A stretch of 64,000 nt of DNA from Carpediemonas membranifera BICM (lineage: Eukaryota; Protista; Fornicata). The position numbers and the translations under genes are program-made. The DNA is taken from NCBI GenBank assembly GCA_019828565.1, contig JAHDYR010000005.1, positions 1,107,270 to 1,171,269 on the forward strand, written 5' to 3'. The notes beneath the pieces were generated by a model, which saw nothing but the letters and a program-made list of their open reading frames with translations, did no database searches and was not told where the DNA came from. This document shows, one piece after another, positions 20,095 to 32,697 of this stretch. Numbering within the stretch: position 1 is the stretch's first letter; every line of letters starts with the position of its first letter.

Positions 20095-21953
20095 CCCTGA
20101 GCAGGCGTGACGACGCCAAGCTCACACATATGTTGAGTGTACTTTGTGACGCGTGACTGGTAGGTTCCCTCGCTTACATAGGAAAACGCCACCGTCCTCC
20201 CCGGTCTCAGGACCTCCTCGATCATCGTCCTGAGGGAGCCCCATCGGGCTCGGAGCACAGAGTCCCGCAGCGCCAAGAGCTGGAAGTTGTGAGCTGGCCG
20301 ACCCGCGTGGGTCATCTTTTTACCCTTCTTCGAAGGGGTTTTAGGCCCTCCTCTCCCTGCAGCTTCAGAACAGTACTCTTGGGCGCCGCAGCTCTGGCTT
20401 CCAATGTTATGAGAACCGTTGCCCTCCTGCGGCTGATCACCGCTCGTCTGGCTCGGGTTGTGGCCAGTGCCTGGAGGTGGACACCCCGGCACTGTATCAA
20501 AAAATAAACTCAAAAACTCAAAAACTCAAACCTCCTCTCCCAACCTCTCCAAGCCGCACTTCTCACCTACTCCGAACTGGTCCTTCAGGGCACGATCGAC
20601 GTCAACCAGCCGCTTACGGACGGACCAGGCGAGTGCCTTTGCCGCCACACGGCGAATAGAGTCGCCGATCGCGACCCCTCGGACCTTCCCTTCACCTTTC
20701 GGCACAGGGACGAGAATGCAATGACTGAACACATCAGTGTAAGCTTCTCCGTTCAGGATGTCCTGAACCAGCGGGAGCAGAGCCTGGACTAGTTCGCGCC
20801 TTGATGTCTTGTAGGCGATCTTCAGGTGAAGGAACGATAGCCCGGAGGGCCCCGGGGCCGCCTCAGACTTGAGTGTGTTGAGGATGGTCTTCAGAGTCTT
20901 AGAGGAAACTTCGACACACTGCAGGGGGTTCTCGGGGACGTCTCGCATGGGGACGTCGGGACAAAGCCCGTTGAACCCAACCTGGAGGTCCCGCAGTTGA
21001 GCGTCGATTTCAGTCGGTGTCAGGTCAGTCTCATTGGCTACCATGGACGTGGCGGCCTTCGAGACAAACCCGTGGCGAATCAGGTTCAGCGTCCGACGCC
21101 ACTTGCTCGCGCTAGCGCGTCGTCCGCCTCGGTCCGATGGCGGTGCGTACAGCGTCTTGGGGTAGTCTACAACCTTAAGAGCCTCAGCCCGCTTGGCGTC
21201 GTCACCTGTCGCGTTGTTCACCTCCCTCAATCGTTCAATAAGGCCTCGTGTGAACTTCTCGCGCCCGCGCTTGGGCGGAGCGATCTTTCCGAGGAACAAG
21301 GCCTGACCCGGGGAAGGAAGACATCGGGTCGATGAGCAGGGGTAGTGGGAGGTGCTGATGGCGGGGTTAGGGGAAACCAACCGCCGAAACGTGAGCTGCC
21401 GTGTCTGCCTGGACCTCTTCGTCAACAGGCTGCGATGACAGACCCTCGTCGTCCGTCGCGATCTCTACTGCAGAGGGAGGGACATTTGCAGCGGTCTCTG
21501 GACGCATAGCGTTGTCTCGTATCGTGCAGGCGATAATCGCAATGGACTTGGGGGCTGTGTTTGCAGAACGCAACGAAGTTGCCGTTGGCAGCGCCTGTGT
21601 GGTGATGCTGTGGGCCTTAAGGAGGTCCTTGAAGCTGTCAGCAATCGCCTTCAGGGCTTTCACGGTAAAGCGTACGATGTGTTTGTTCTGGACGTCGCGC
21701 ATGAGCTCGACAACCGCAGTTTCAGAGCACAATGTGTTGAACACCGTGTCCGTATCACACCACAGTCTGTCAATTAGGCTTATGTCGACGAACTTCGCGT
21801 AGGTGCTATGAACTTCGGTAAGAAGAGCACGAACATCCTCGGCGAAGACGCTTTCGCGCCATACGAGTCTCGTACGTCGTCGAGTCACCATCTGGCCTCC
21901 AGGATCAGCCTGGGGCACAGAAAATGACGACATTTCCATTTCGGGAGGGAGCA

Positions 21954-24900
21954 AACTTTTATGTAATCAACGACAAACTGTCTAGCGAGCGGCGAGGCGC
22001 AGCCGAGCTTCGCGAGCCTGAGCGCAGCGAAGCAGTTTGAGGCTATGGGGTGCGTCGGGGTCCTCCGTCGCTCCATCCAGTGAGTCGCTGGCGAGTCAAC
22101 AAAACCAACAAGAACACTCTGAAGCGCTCTGCACGAGCCGATTGCTACACCAATATCAGAATTGAGTAACAATTAGTGGGAGAGGCCCAAATCCTCTGCT
22201 GCAGCATGTGCTGCGTCGCATTGCTTGATGAACGCTGCATATGTGTGCACTTGCCCTCTCATGCATGCCAAGAAAGCGTTATCAGCCATCTCGCGGACCT
22301 GCTCAGCCTTAAGACCAAGTTCATCGCGCAAATCGTCCGTCCAGCCCCCTTCCGTGCACTCTTCCAACGTCACCGTTGTGAAGCGTCACCGCGGGTATGA
22401 GCTTGACGTCCCAGTTGGAGTACTGGGCGCGCTTGCTCGTCATGGCCTGAGACACGTGGTTGCTGACGACGTTGTCAATGACGATTGCCTTCACGCCAGG
22501 TTTCGTGAGGAGGATGTCCGCCCGCGCCTTCATAGGCTTGGTCCGGTCAATGGTCCACTCACTGGCCTTGTTCAACCACACCTCGGACTGGACTCTCCAG
22601 CCATAACCCTTCAGGTCTCTCACCAGCCCGTCCTTGATAGCGTTGTGACGCTCGTCGTCCAGGCCTCCACGGAGGCATGGGCAGCACAGGGTGTGAGTAG
22701 CGTTGCACACAACGGACTGGTGGTTCACGGTGCGTGCCCTGCAGAGAGGGCAGACGTCAAATCCGGGCGTGAATGCGGGGAGGCCCAGGTGATTGCGGAA
22801 GATGGGGGCAACAGCGGCATCGGTTACCGAGCGCCCAAGAGAGGTCGGGTCGACCATCATGAACGACCGAACGACGTTGGGCGAGACGGCGGCACTCACA
22901 GAGAGCTTGGTGGCAATAGATTCCTCAACGAGGCGAACCAAGTTCTTCTGCGTGTGGTCGGCGTCAAGAGCCTTCACATCGTCCAAGCCACTAGGCCAGT
23001 TCGACGGCGTGTTGAGCTGGGGCGGGAGACACTTGATGGCACCCGTCACGCTGTCAGGTGAGCGTGTAACACCCAGCCCTGCCAGTTGTCTCGTGGCCGC
23101 GAGGAACGCGGGAGCCCACACGACTGATGGCATTGCCAGCGCAAGCCCGCGTCTTTCGACCGGCATACTCAGGCGGAGAGCAAAGTCGTCATCGACCTCA
23201 GCCTCGCTCGACAGGATTCGGAGGATGGCCGGGACCGCCTCTTTCTTCTCAAATCCGAGCTCAGCCTCGTAGAGACCGTTGCCGACTCCACCCGTTGCGG
23301 GGGGAACGTTACGGAAGAAGTGCTCCCACTTTGTGAGCGCACAATACTTCGCAATGATCAACGCAGGGGCAGTTGCCTCCGGCCCCTCCTTGGCCACCAT
23401 CTCTCCGGCAGCGTTAAGGAGTTGCATCACGCGACTGTTGACCTTGGCCAACTCACCCATCGCATGAGCAGCGGACCCAACCGGAACGCCCACGAGGTTT
23501 AGGCTGCGTCTTCTTGGGACGCCTCCCGAGGTGTTGCCGTCGGTAACGTCTCTGTGCGCCACAACGCACTTCGACTTGTTGAGCCGCAGGCCGACTTCGA
23601 GGAACTTCTCCCTCGCGATCTCGACAAGGTTGTTAGCCTCTCGGCCGACACCGGGCGTCTGCAAAGGCCGATCAGTCGTGGCGACTAGATCGTCTTGGTA
23701 CGCTTGGAGGTGCCAACCCGGGAACGCCTCGCGCAGAACGTCCAGAATGGGCTTGATGCCCAGGCTGAACAGAATAGGGGACAGGGGATCTCCTTGATGT
23801 ATGCCCTCAGCTGACCTCATCACTCCTCCTGACGTGGAGAATAGGAGCCCTTGGCGATACATCGTAGACAGGTAGGGCATGAGAGCAGGCATGTAAGCGC
23901 GTACCACGTCGAACATGAACGCCCTAGATAGGCATCCATAAGCGTTCGATAAGTCGAGGGAGACAACAGTTCCTCCCTCCTCGTAGACCCTGGTCACGCT
24001 GTCACTCAGCCTCTCCAGGCCGCACTTCTCCCCCACCCCATACTGATCCTTGAGGGTCCGGTCGACGTCGACCAGGCGGGCCCTCACAGCCCAGGCGAGA
24101 GCCTTCGCCGCAACCCGCCGAAGCGAGTCCCCGATGGCCACTCCTCGGATCTTCCCAGCCCCCTTGGGGACCGGGACAATGATGCAGTGGCTCAATACCG
24201 CGGTGTAGGTCTCGCCGTTCAGGATGTCCTGTACGATCGGCATCAATGCGGCGATGAGGTCATGTCTGGCCACCTTCGCTACTATTCTGATATGGAGGAA
24301 GGACAAGCCCGACGGCCCTGGGGCCGCCTCGGCCTTTAGAGCGTGTAGTACAGTCTTGAGGGTCCTAGCGGACACCTCAACTGACTGCAGTGGCTCTGCG
24401 GGGACGTCCTTAAACGGAACATCTGGGCGCAGGCCACTGTAATCCTCCTGCAGTCTCTTCAGCTCTACATCCACCTCCTGTGGTGACAGGCCCGCATCCT
24501 CAGCTACCAGCGCAGTGGCTGCCTTGGACACGAACCCGTGGCGAACCAGTCGCATCACCTTACGCCACTTGGACGGGCGGCGCTTGGGGCCTTTCGATGC
24601 AACCGGCGGTGCGTACAGCGCCTTCGGGTACTCGAGTACCGTCCTCAGGGCCGCGCGCTTCTCGTCCTCGCTCTCCACGAGGGCCACCCGCTTGAGCTTC
24701 TCGATCAGGCCTCTGGCGAATTTCTCGCGTCCCCTCTTGGGGGGAGCGATCTTGCCAAGGAAGAGAGCCTGTCCCGGTGGTAGGAACACGTCGGGTCGAT
24801 GGGCTGGGTGAGCGGGAGGGGCAGTCGGGGGGCTTGCGGTGAAGCCCACCGCGGTGACGTGCGCTGCTGCGCTCGGCTGCGATGACAGCTGGCTACCAGG

Positions 24901-25388
24901 GGCGTGGACCTCTTCGACAGATGGAAGGAGACTGGCAGGGTCGTTGTTGCCCATCACGTTTCTCCTGATCTCTCGGAAGAATTCGGCCGCCACCGACGGA
25001 GCTGTTTTGGCAGAACGCAGCGGTGTTGCTTTGGGAGTACTGCTAAGAGTAACACCCGCCGCGTCTAAGAGCCGCTTGAAGGAATCTACGATGTCCTTCA
25101 GTGCTCTCACCGTCAAACGCACAATCTTCTTGTTGTTCACGTCCTTCATCAGCTCGACGATGGCCGCTTCGGAGCACAGCGTGTCAAACACTGTCTCTAC
25201 ATTGCACCAACGTGCGTCAATGAACTCAGCATTGACGAATTTCGCGTAGTCGGTACGAACAGTCTGCAGCAGAAGCTGTACGTCCCGAGCAAGCGCGTTT
25301 TCGCGCCAATCGGACGTTATGGAAACTCTCATCGCCATCTGGCCTCCAGGATCAGCCTGGGGCACAGAAAATGACGACATTTCCATTT
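21954..25388 (-). mobile_element. CRE-like family A copy 3, full length (3,435 bp)
   Basis: Bounded by 12-mers; single long ORF. Confidence 0.93.
22173..25386 (-). CDS. Family A RT-RLE polyprotein (~1,070 aa; one C-run frameshift near the C-terminus)
   Basis: APGPSG, RGVAIGDSLRR, QYGVG, LDLSNAYG, QGDPLSP, YQDD, GLRLNKSK, GVPVG; CCHC CPLC...HTLCC, RHN, RADIL...ID, K...Y. This is the CRE-clade signature. Confidence 0.92.
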
Positions 25389-25400
25389 CGGGAGGGAGCA

Positions 25401-28400
25401 AACTTTTATGTAATCAACGACAAACTGTCTAGCGAGCGGCGAGGCGCAGCCGAGCTTCGCGAGCCTGAGCGCAGCGAAGCAGTTTGAGGCTATGGGGTGC
25501 GTCGGGGTCCTCCGTCGCTCCATCCAGTGAGTCGCTGGCGAGTCAACAAAACCAACAAGAACACTCTGAAGCGCTCTGCACGAGCCGATTGCTACACCAA
25601 TATCAGAATTGAGTAACAATTAGTGGGAGAGGCCCAAATCCTCTGCTGCAGCATGTGCTGCGTCGCATTGCTTGATGAACGCTGCATATGTGTGCACTTG
25701 CCCTCTCATGCATGCCAAGAAAGCGTTATCAGCCATCTCGCGGACCTGCTCAGCCTTAAGACCAAGTTCATCGCGCAAATCGTCCGTCCAGCCCCCTTCC
25801 GTGCACTCTTCCAACGTCACCGTTGTGAAGCGTCACCGCGGGTATGAGCTTGACGTCCCAGTTGGAGTACTGGGCGCGCTTGCTCGTCATGGCCTGAGAC
25901 ACGTGGTTGCTGACGACGTTGTCAATGACGATTGCCTTCTCGCCAGGTTTCGTGAGGAGGATGTCCGCCCGCGCCTTCATAGGCTTGGTCCGGTCAATGG
26001 TCCACTCACTGGCCTTGTTCAACCACACCTCGGACTGGACTCTCCAGCCATAACCCTTCAGGTCTCTCACCAGCCCGTCCTTGATAGCGTTGTGACGCTC
26101 GTCGTCCAGGCCTCCACGGAGGCATGGGCAGCACAGGGTGTGAGTAGCGTTGCACACAACGGACTGGTGGTTCACGGTGCGTGCCCTGCAGAGAGGGCAG
26201 ACGTCAAATCCGGGCGTGAATGCGGGGAGGCCCAGGTGATTGCGGAAGATGGGGGCAACAGCGGCATCGGTTACCGAGCGCCCAAGAGAGGTCGGGTCGA
26301 CCATCATGAACGACCGAACGACGTTGGGCGAGACGGCGGCACTCACAGAGAGCTTGGTGGCAATAGATTCCTCAACGAGGCGAACCAAGTTCTTCTGCGT
26401 GTGGTCGGCGTCAAGAGCCTTCACATCGTCCAAGCCACTAGGCCAGTTCGACGGCGTGTTGAGCTGGGGCGGGAGACACTTGATGGCACCCGTCACGCTG
26501 TCAGGTGAGCGTGTAACACCCAGCCCTGCCAGTTGTCTCGTGGCCGCGAGGAACGCGGGAGCCCACACGACTGATGGCATTGCCAGCGCAAGCCCGCGTC
26601 TTTCGACCGGCATACTCAGGCGGAGAGCAAAGTCGTCATCGACCTCAGCCTCGCTCGACAGGATTCGGAGGATGGCCGGGACCGCCTCTTTCTTCTCAAA
26701 TCCGAGCTCAGCCTCGTAGAGACCGTTGCCGACTCCACCCGTTGCGGGGGGAACGTTACGGAAGAAGTGCTCCCACTTTGTGAGCGCACAATACTTCGCA
26801 ATGATCAACGCAGGGGCAGTTGCCTCCGGCCCCTCCTTGGCCACCATCTCTCCGGCAGCGTTAAGGAGTTGCATCACGCGACTGTTGACCTTGGCCAACT
26901 CACCCATCGCATGAGCAGCGGACCCAACCGGAACGCCCACGAGGTTTAGGCTGCGTCTTCTTGGGACGCCTCCCGAGGTGTTGCCGTCGGTAACGTCTCT
27001 GTGCGCCACAACGCACTTCGACTTGTTGAGCCGCAGGCCGACTTCGAGGAACTTCTCCCTCGCGATCTCGACAAGGTTGTTAGCCTCTCGGCCGACACCG
27101 GGCGTCTGCAAAGGCCGATCAGTCGTGGCGACTAGATCGTCTTGGTACGCTTGGAGGTGCCAACCCGGGAACGCCTCGCGCAGAACGTCCAGAATGGGCT
27201 TGATGCCCAGGCTGAACAGAATAGGGGACAGGGGATCTCCTTGATGTATGCCCTCAGCTGACCTTATCACTCCTCCCTGACGTGGAGAATAGGAGCCCTT
27301 GGCGATACATCGTAGACAGGTAGGGCATGAGAGCAGGCATGTAAGCGCGTACCACGTCGAACATGAACGCCCTAGATAGGCATCCATAAGCGTTCGATAA
27401 GTCGAGGGAGACAACAGTCCCTCCCTCCTCGTAGACCCTGGTCACGCTGTCACTCAGCCTCTCCAGGCCGCACTTCTCCCCCACCCCATACTGATCCTTG
27501 AGGGTCCGGTCGACGTCGACCAGGCGGGCCCTCACAGCCCAGGCGAGAGCCTTCGCCGCAACCCGCCGAAGCGAGTCCCCGATGGCCACTCCTCGGATCT
27601 TCCCGGCCCCCTTGGGGACCGGGACAATGATGCAGTGGCTCAATACCGCGGTGTAGGTCTCGCCGTTCAGGATGTCCTGTACGATCGGCATCAATGCGGC
27701 GATGAGGTCATGTCTGGCCACCTTCGCTGCTATTCTGATATGGAGGAAGGACAAGCCCGACGGCCCTGGGGGCCGCCTCGGCCTTTAGAGCGTGTAGTAC
27801 AGTCTTGAGGGTCCTAGCGGACACCTCAACTGACTGCAGTGGCTCTGCGGGGACGTCCTTAAACGGAACATCTGGGCGCAGGCCACTGTAATCCTCCTGC
27901 AGTCTCTTCAGCTCTACATCCACCTCCTGTGGTGACAGGCCCGCATCCTCAGCTACCAGCGCAGTGGCTGCCTTGGACACGAACCCGTGGCGAACCAGTC
28001 GCATCACCTTACGCCACTTGGACGGGCGGCGCTTGGGGCCTTTCGATGCAACCGGCGGTGCGTACAGCGCCTTCGGGTACTCGAGTACCGTCCTCAGGGC
28101 CGCGCGCTTCTCGTCCTCGCTCTCCACGAGGGCCACCCGCTTGAGCTTCTCGATCAGGCCTCTGGCGAATTTCTCGCGTCCCCTCTTGGGGGGAGCGATC
28201 TTGCCAAGGAAGAGAGCCTGTCCCGGTGGTAGGAACACGTCGGGTCGATGGGCTGGGTGAGCGGGAGGGGCAGTCGGGGGCTTGCGGTGAAGCCCACCGC
28301 GGTGACGTGCGCTGCTGCGCTCGGCTGCGATGACAGCTGGCTACCAGGGGCGTGGACCTCTTCGACAGATGGAAGGAGACTGGCAGGGTCGTTGTTGCCC

Positions 28401-28836
28401 ATCACGTTTCTCCTGATCTCTCGGAAGAATTCGGCCGCCACCGACGGAGCTGTTTTGGCAGAACGCAGCGGTGTTGCTTTGGGAGTACTGCTAAGAGTAA
28501 CACCCGCCGCGTCTAAGAGCCGCTTGAAGGAATCTACGATGTCCTTCAGTGCTCTCACCGTCAAACGCACAATCTTCTTGTTGTTCACGTCCTTCATCAG
28601 CTCGACGATGGCCGCTTCGGAGCACAGCGTGTCAAACACTGTCTCTACATTGCACCAACGTGCGTCAATGAACTCAGCATTGACGAATTTCGCGTAGTCG
28701 GTACGAACAGTCTGCAGCAGAAGCTGTACGTCCCGAGCAAGCGCGTTTTCGCGCCAATCGGACGTTATGGAAACTCTCATCGCCATCTGGCCTCCAGGAT
28801 CAGCCTGGGGCACAGAAAATGACGACATTTCCATTT
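25401..28836 (-). mobile_element. CRE-like family A copy 4, full length, frameshifted (ORF 25620-28834)
   Basis: Near-identical to copy 3. Confidence 0.92.
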
Positions 28837-28848
28837 CGGGAGGGAGCA

Positions 28849-29238
28849 TCGTTTATTGCCTTTTGGACGAACTGTATTGCGAGCGGCGAGGCGCAGCCGA
28901 GCTTCGCGAGCCTGAGCGCAGCGAAGACGTCACTCTAGTGGTCAGTATGTCGGGTTTGAGGCACTGCTCGCTCCGAAATCTCCCTTTCGACTCTCCACTC
29001 AGTCACAACGAACGCGAACGCGAATAACGCGCAGATCACGCTCAAAGTACAGAAACAACATCAGTATTAGTGGTTGAGGCCATTAGCCTCAGCTTGACGG
29101 TGCGCAGCATCCGCCTGGCGCATGAACGCATGGAACACATGAACTTGCTTTCGCGCCATACGAGTCTCGTACGTCGTCGAGTCACCACCTGGCCTCCAGG
29201 ATCAGCCTGGGGCACAGAAAATGACGACATTTCCATTT
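28849..29238 (-). mobile_element. mini-B copy 2
   Basis: Same 390-bp structure and junction as 7922-8311. Confidence 0.9.
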
Positions 29239-29250
29239 CGGGAGGGAGCA

Positions 29251-32200
29251 AACTTTTTATGTAATCAACGACAAACTGTCTAGCGAGCGGCGAGGCGCAG
29301 CCGAGCTTCGCGAGCCTGAGCGCAGCGAAGCAGTTTGAGGCTATGGGGTGCGTCGGGGTCCTCCGTCGCTCCATCCAGTGAGTCGCTGGCGAGTCAACAA
29401 AACCAACAAGAACACTCTGAAGCGCTCTGCACGAGCCGATTGCTACACCAATATCAGAATTGAGTAACAATTAGTGGGAGAGGCCCAAATCCTCTGCTGC
29501 AGCATGTGCTGCGTCGCATTGCTTGATGAACGCTGCATATGTGTGCACTTGCCCTCTCATGCACGCCAAGAAAGCGTCATCAGCCATCTCGCGGACCTGC
29601 TCAGCCTTAAGACCAAGTTCATCGCGCAAATCGTCCGTCCAGCCCCTTCCGTGCACTCTTCCAACGTCACCGTTGTGAAGCGTCACCGCGGGTATGAGCT
29701 TGACGTCCCAGTTGGAGTACTGGGCGCGCTTGCTCGTCATGGCCTGAGACACGTGGTTGCTGACGACGTTGTCAATGACGATTGCCTTCACGCCAGGTTT
29801 CGTGAGGAGGATGTCCGCCCGCGCCTTCATAGGCTTGGTCCGGTCAATGGTCCACTCACTGGCCTTGTTCAACCACACCTCGGACTGGACTCTCCAGCCA
29901 TAACCCTTCAGGTCTCTCACCAGCCCGTCCTTGATAGCGTTGTGACGCTCGTCGTCCAGGCCTCCACGGAGGCATGGGCAGCACAGGGTGTGAGTAGCGT
30001 TGCACACAACGGACTGGTGGTTCACGGTGCGTGCCCTGCAGAGAGGGCAGACGTCAAATCCGGGCGTGAATGCGGGGAGGCCCAGGTGATTGCGGAAGAT
30101 GGGGGCAACAGCGGCATCGGTTACCGAGCGCCCAAGAGAGGTCGGGTCGACCATCATGAACGACCGAACGACGTTGGGCGAGACGGCGGCACTCACAGAG
30201 AGCTTGGTGGCAATAGATTCCTCAACGAGGCGAACCAAGTTCTTCTGCGTGTGGTCGGCGTCAAGAGCCTTCACATCGTCCAAGCCACTAGGCCAGTTCG
30301 ACGGCGTGTTGAGCTGGGGCGGGAGACACTTGATGGCACCCGTCACGCTGTCAGGTGAGCGTGTAACACCCAGCCCTGCCAGTTGTCTCGTGGCCGCGAG
30401 GAACGCGGGAGCCCACACGACTGATGGCATTGCCAGCGCAAGCCCGCGTCTTTCGACCGGCATACTCAGGCGGAGAGCAAAGTCGTCATCGACCTCAGCC
30501 TCGCTCGACAGGATTCGGAGGATGGCCGGGACCGCCTCTTTCTTCTCAAATCCGAGCTCAGCCTCGTAGAGACCGTTGCCGACTCCACCCGTTGCGGGGG
30601 GAACGTTACGGAAGAAGTGCTCCCACTTTGTGAGCGCACAATACTTCGCAATGATCAACGCAGGGGCAGTTGCCTCCGGCCCCTCCTTGGCCACCATCTC
30701 TCCGGCAGCGTTAAGGAGTTGCATCACGCGACTGTTGACCTTGGCCAACTCACCCATCGCATGAGCAGCGGACCCAACCGGAACGCCCACGAGGTTTAGG
30801 CTGCGTCTTCTTGGGACGCCTCCCGAGGTGTTGCCGTCGGTAACGTCTCTGTGCGCCACAACGCACTTCGACTTGTTGAGCCGCAGGCCGACTTCGAAGA
30901 ACTTCTCCCTCGCGATCTCGACAAGGTTGTTAGCCTCTCGGCCGACACCGGGCGTCTGCAAAGGCCGATCAGTCGTGGCGACTAGATCGTCTTGGTACGC
31001 TTGGAGGTGCCAACCCGGGAACGCCTCGCGCAGAACGTCCAGAATGGGCTTGATGCCCAGGCTGAACAGAATAGGGGACAGGGGATCTCCTTGATGTATG
31101 CCCTCAGCTGACCTTATCACTCCTCCTGACGTGGAGAATAGGAGCCCTTGGCGATACATCGTAGACAGGTAGGGCATGAGAGCAGGCATGTAAGCGCGTA
31201 CCACGTCGAACATGAACGCCCTAGATAGGCATCCATAAGCGTTCGATAAGTCGAGGGAGACAACAGTCCCTCCCTCCTCGTAGACCCTGGTCACGCTGTC
31301 ACTCAGCCTCTCCAGGCCGCACTTCTCCCCCACCCCATACTGATCCTTGAGGGTCCGGTCGACGTCGACCAGGCGGGCCCTCACAGCCCAGGCGAGAGCC
31401 TTCGCCGCAACCCGCCGAAGCGAGTCCCCGATGGCCACTCCTCGGATCTTCCCGGCCCCCTTGGGGACCGGGACAATGATGCAGTGGCTCAATACCGCGG
31501 TGTAGGTCTCGCCGTTCAGGATGTCCTGTACGATCGGCATCAATGCGGCGATGAGGTCATGTCTGGCCACCTTCGCTGCTATTCTGATATGGAGGAAGGA
31601 CAAGCCCGACGGCCCTGGGGCCGCCTCGGCCTTTAGAGCGTGTAGTACAGTCTTGAGGGTCCTAGCGGACACCTCAACTGACTGCAGTGGCTCTGCGGGG
31701 ACGTCCTTAAACGGAACATCTGGGCGCAGGCCACTGTAATCCTCCTGCAGTCTCTTCAGCTCTACATCCACCTCCTGTGGTGACAGGCCCGCATCCTCAG
31801 CTACCAGCGCAGTGGCTGCCTTGGACACGAACCCGTGGCGAACCAGTCGCATCACCTTACGCCACTTGGACGGGCGGCGCTTGGGGCCTTTCGATGCAAC
31901 CGGCGGTGCGTACAGCGCCTTCGGGTACTCGAGTACCGTCCTCAGGGCCGCGCGCTTCTCGTCCTCGCTCTCCACGAGGGCCACCCGCTTGAGCTTCTCG
32001 ATCAGGCCTCTGGCGAATTTCTCGCGTCCCCTCTTGGGGGAGCGATCTTGCCAAGGAAGAGAGCCTGTCCCGGTGGTAGGAACACGTCGGGTCGATGGGC
32101 TGGGTGAGCGGGAGGGGCAGTCGGGGGGCTTGCGGTGAAGCCCACCGCGGTGACGTGCGCTGCTGCGCTCGGCTGCGATGACAGCTGGCTACCAGGGGCG

Positions 32201-32685
32201 TGGACCTCTTCGACAGATGGAAGGAGACTGGCAGGGTCGTTGTTGCCCATCACGTTTCTCCTGATCTCTCGGAAGAATTCGGCCGCCACCGACGGAGCTG
32301 TTTTGGCAGAACGCAGCGGTGTTGCTTTTGGGAGTACTGCTAAGAGTAACACCCGCCGCGTCTAAGAGCCGCTTGAAGGAATCTACGATGTCCTTCAGTG
32401 CTCTCACCGTCAAACGCACAATCTTCTTGTTGTTCACGTCCTTCATCAGCTCGACGATGGCCGCTTCGGAGCACAGCGTATCAAACACTGTCTCTACATT
32501 GCACCAACGTGCGTCAATGAACTCAGCATTGACAAATTTCGCGTAGTCGGTACGAACAGTCTGCAGCAGAAGCTGTACGTCCCGAGCAAGCGCGTTTTCG
32601 CGCCAATCGGACGTTATGGAAACTCTCATCGCCATCTGGCCTCCAGGATCAGCCTGGGGCGCAGAAAATGACGACATTTCCATTT
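29251..32685 (-). mobile_element. CRE-like family A copy 5, full length (ORF 29471-32683, two homopolymer frameshifts)
   Basis: Near-identical to copy 3; intact C-terminus ...EDLGLSH. Confidence 0.92.
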
Positions 32686-32697
32686 CGGGAGGGAGCA

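Larger units (their letters stand above)
13390..20529 (+). mobile_element. APE-type non-LTR retrotransposon, ~7.1 kb, apparently full length
   Basis: TSD ACCTCCTCTCCCA at 13377-13389 and 20530-20542; 3' tail AATAAACTC(AAAAACTC)2; APE and RT motifs. Confidence 0.92.
11355..21941 (-). mobile_element. CRE-like family B copy 1, split by the APE-LINE insertion
   Basis: 3' part 11355-13389 and 5' part 20530-21941 match full B copy 32698-36141. Confidence 0.9.

Noticed and set aside
25387-25401. ORF-track start MLPPEMEM...
   Set aside because: Uses a non-ATG codon inside the duplicated target. The real start is the ATG 2 nt inside the element or the ATG after the leader stem.
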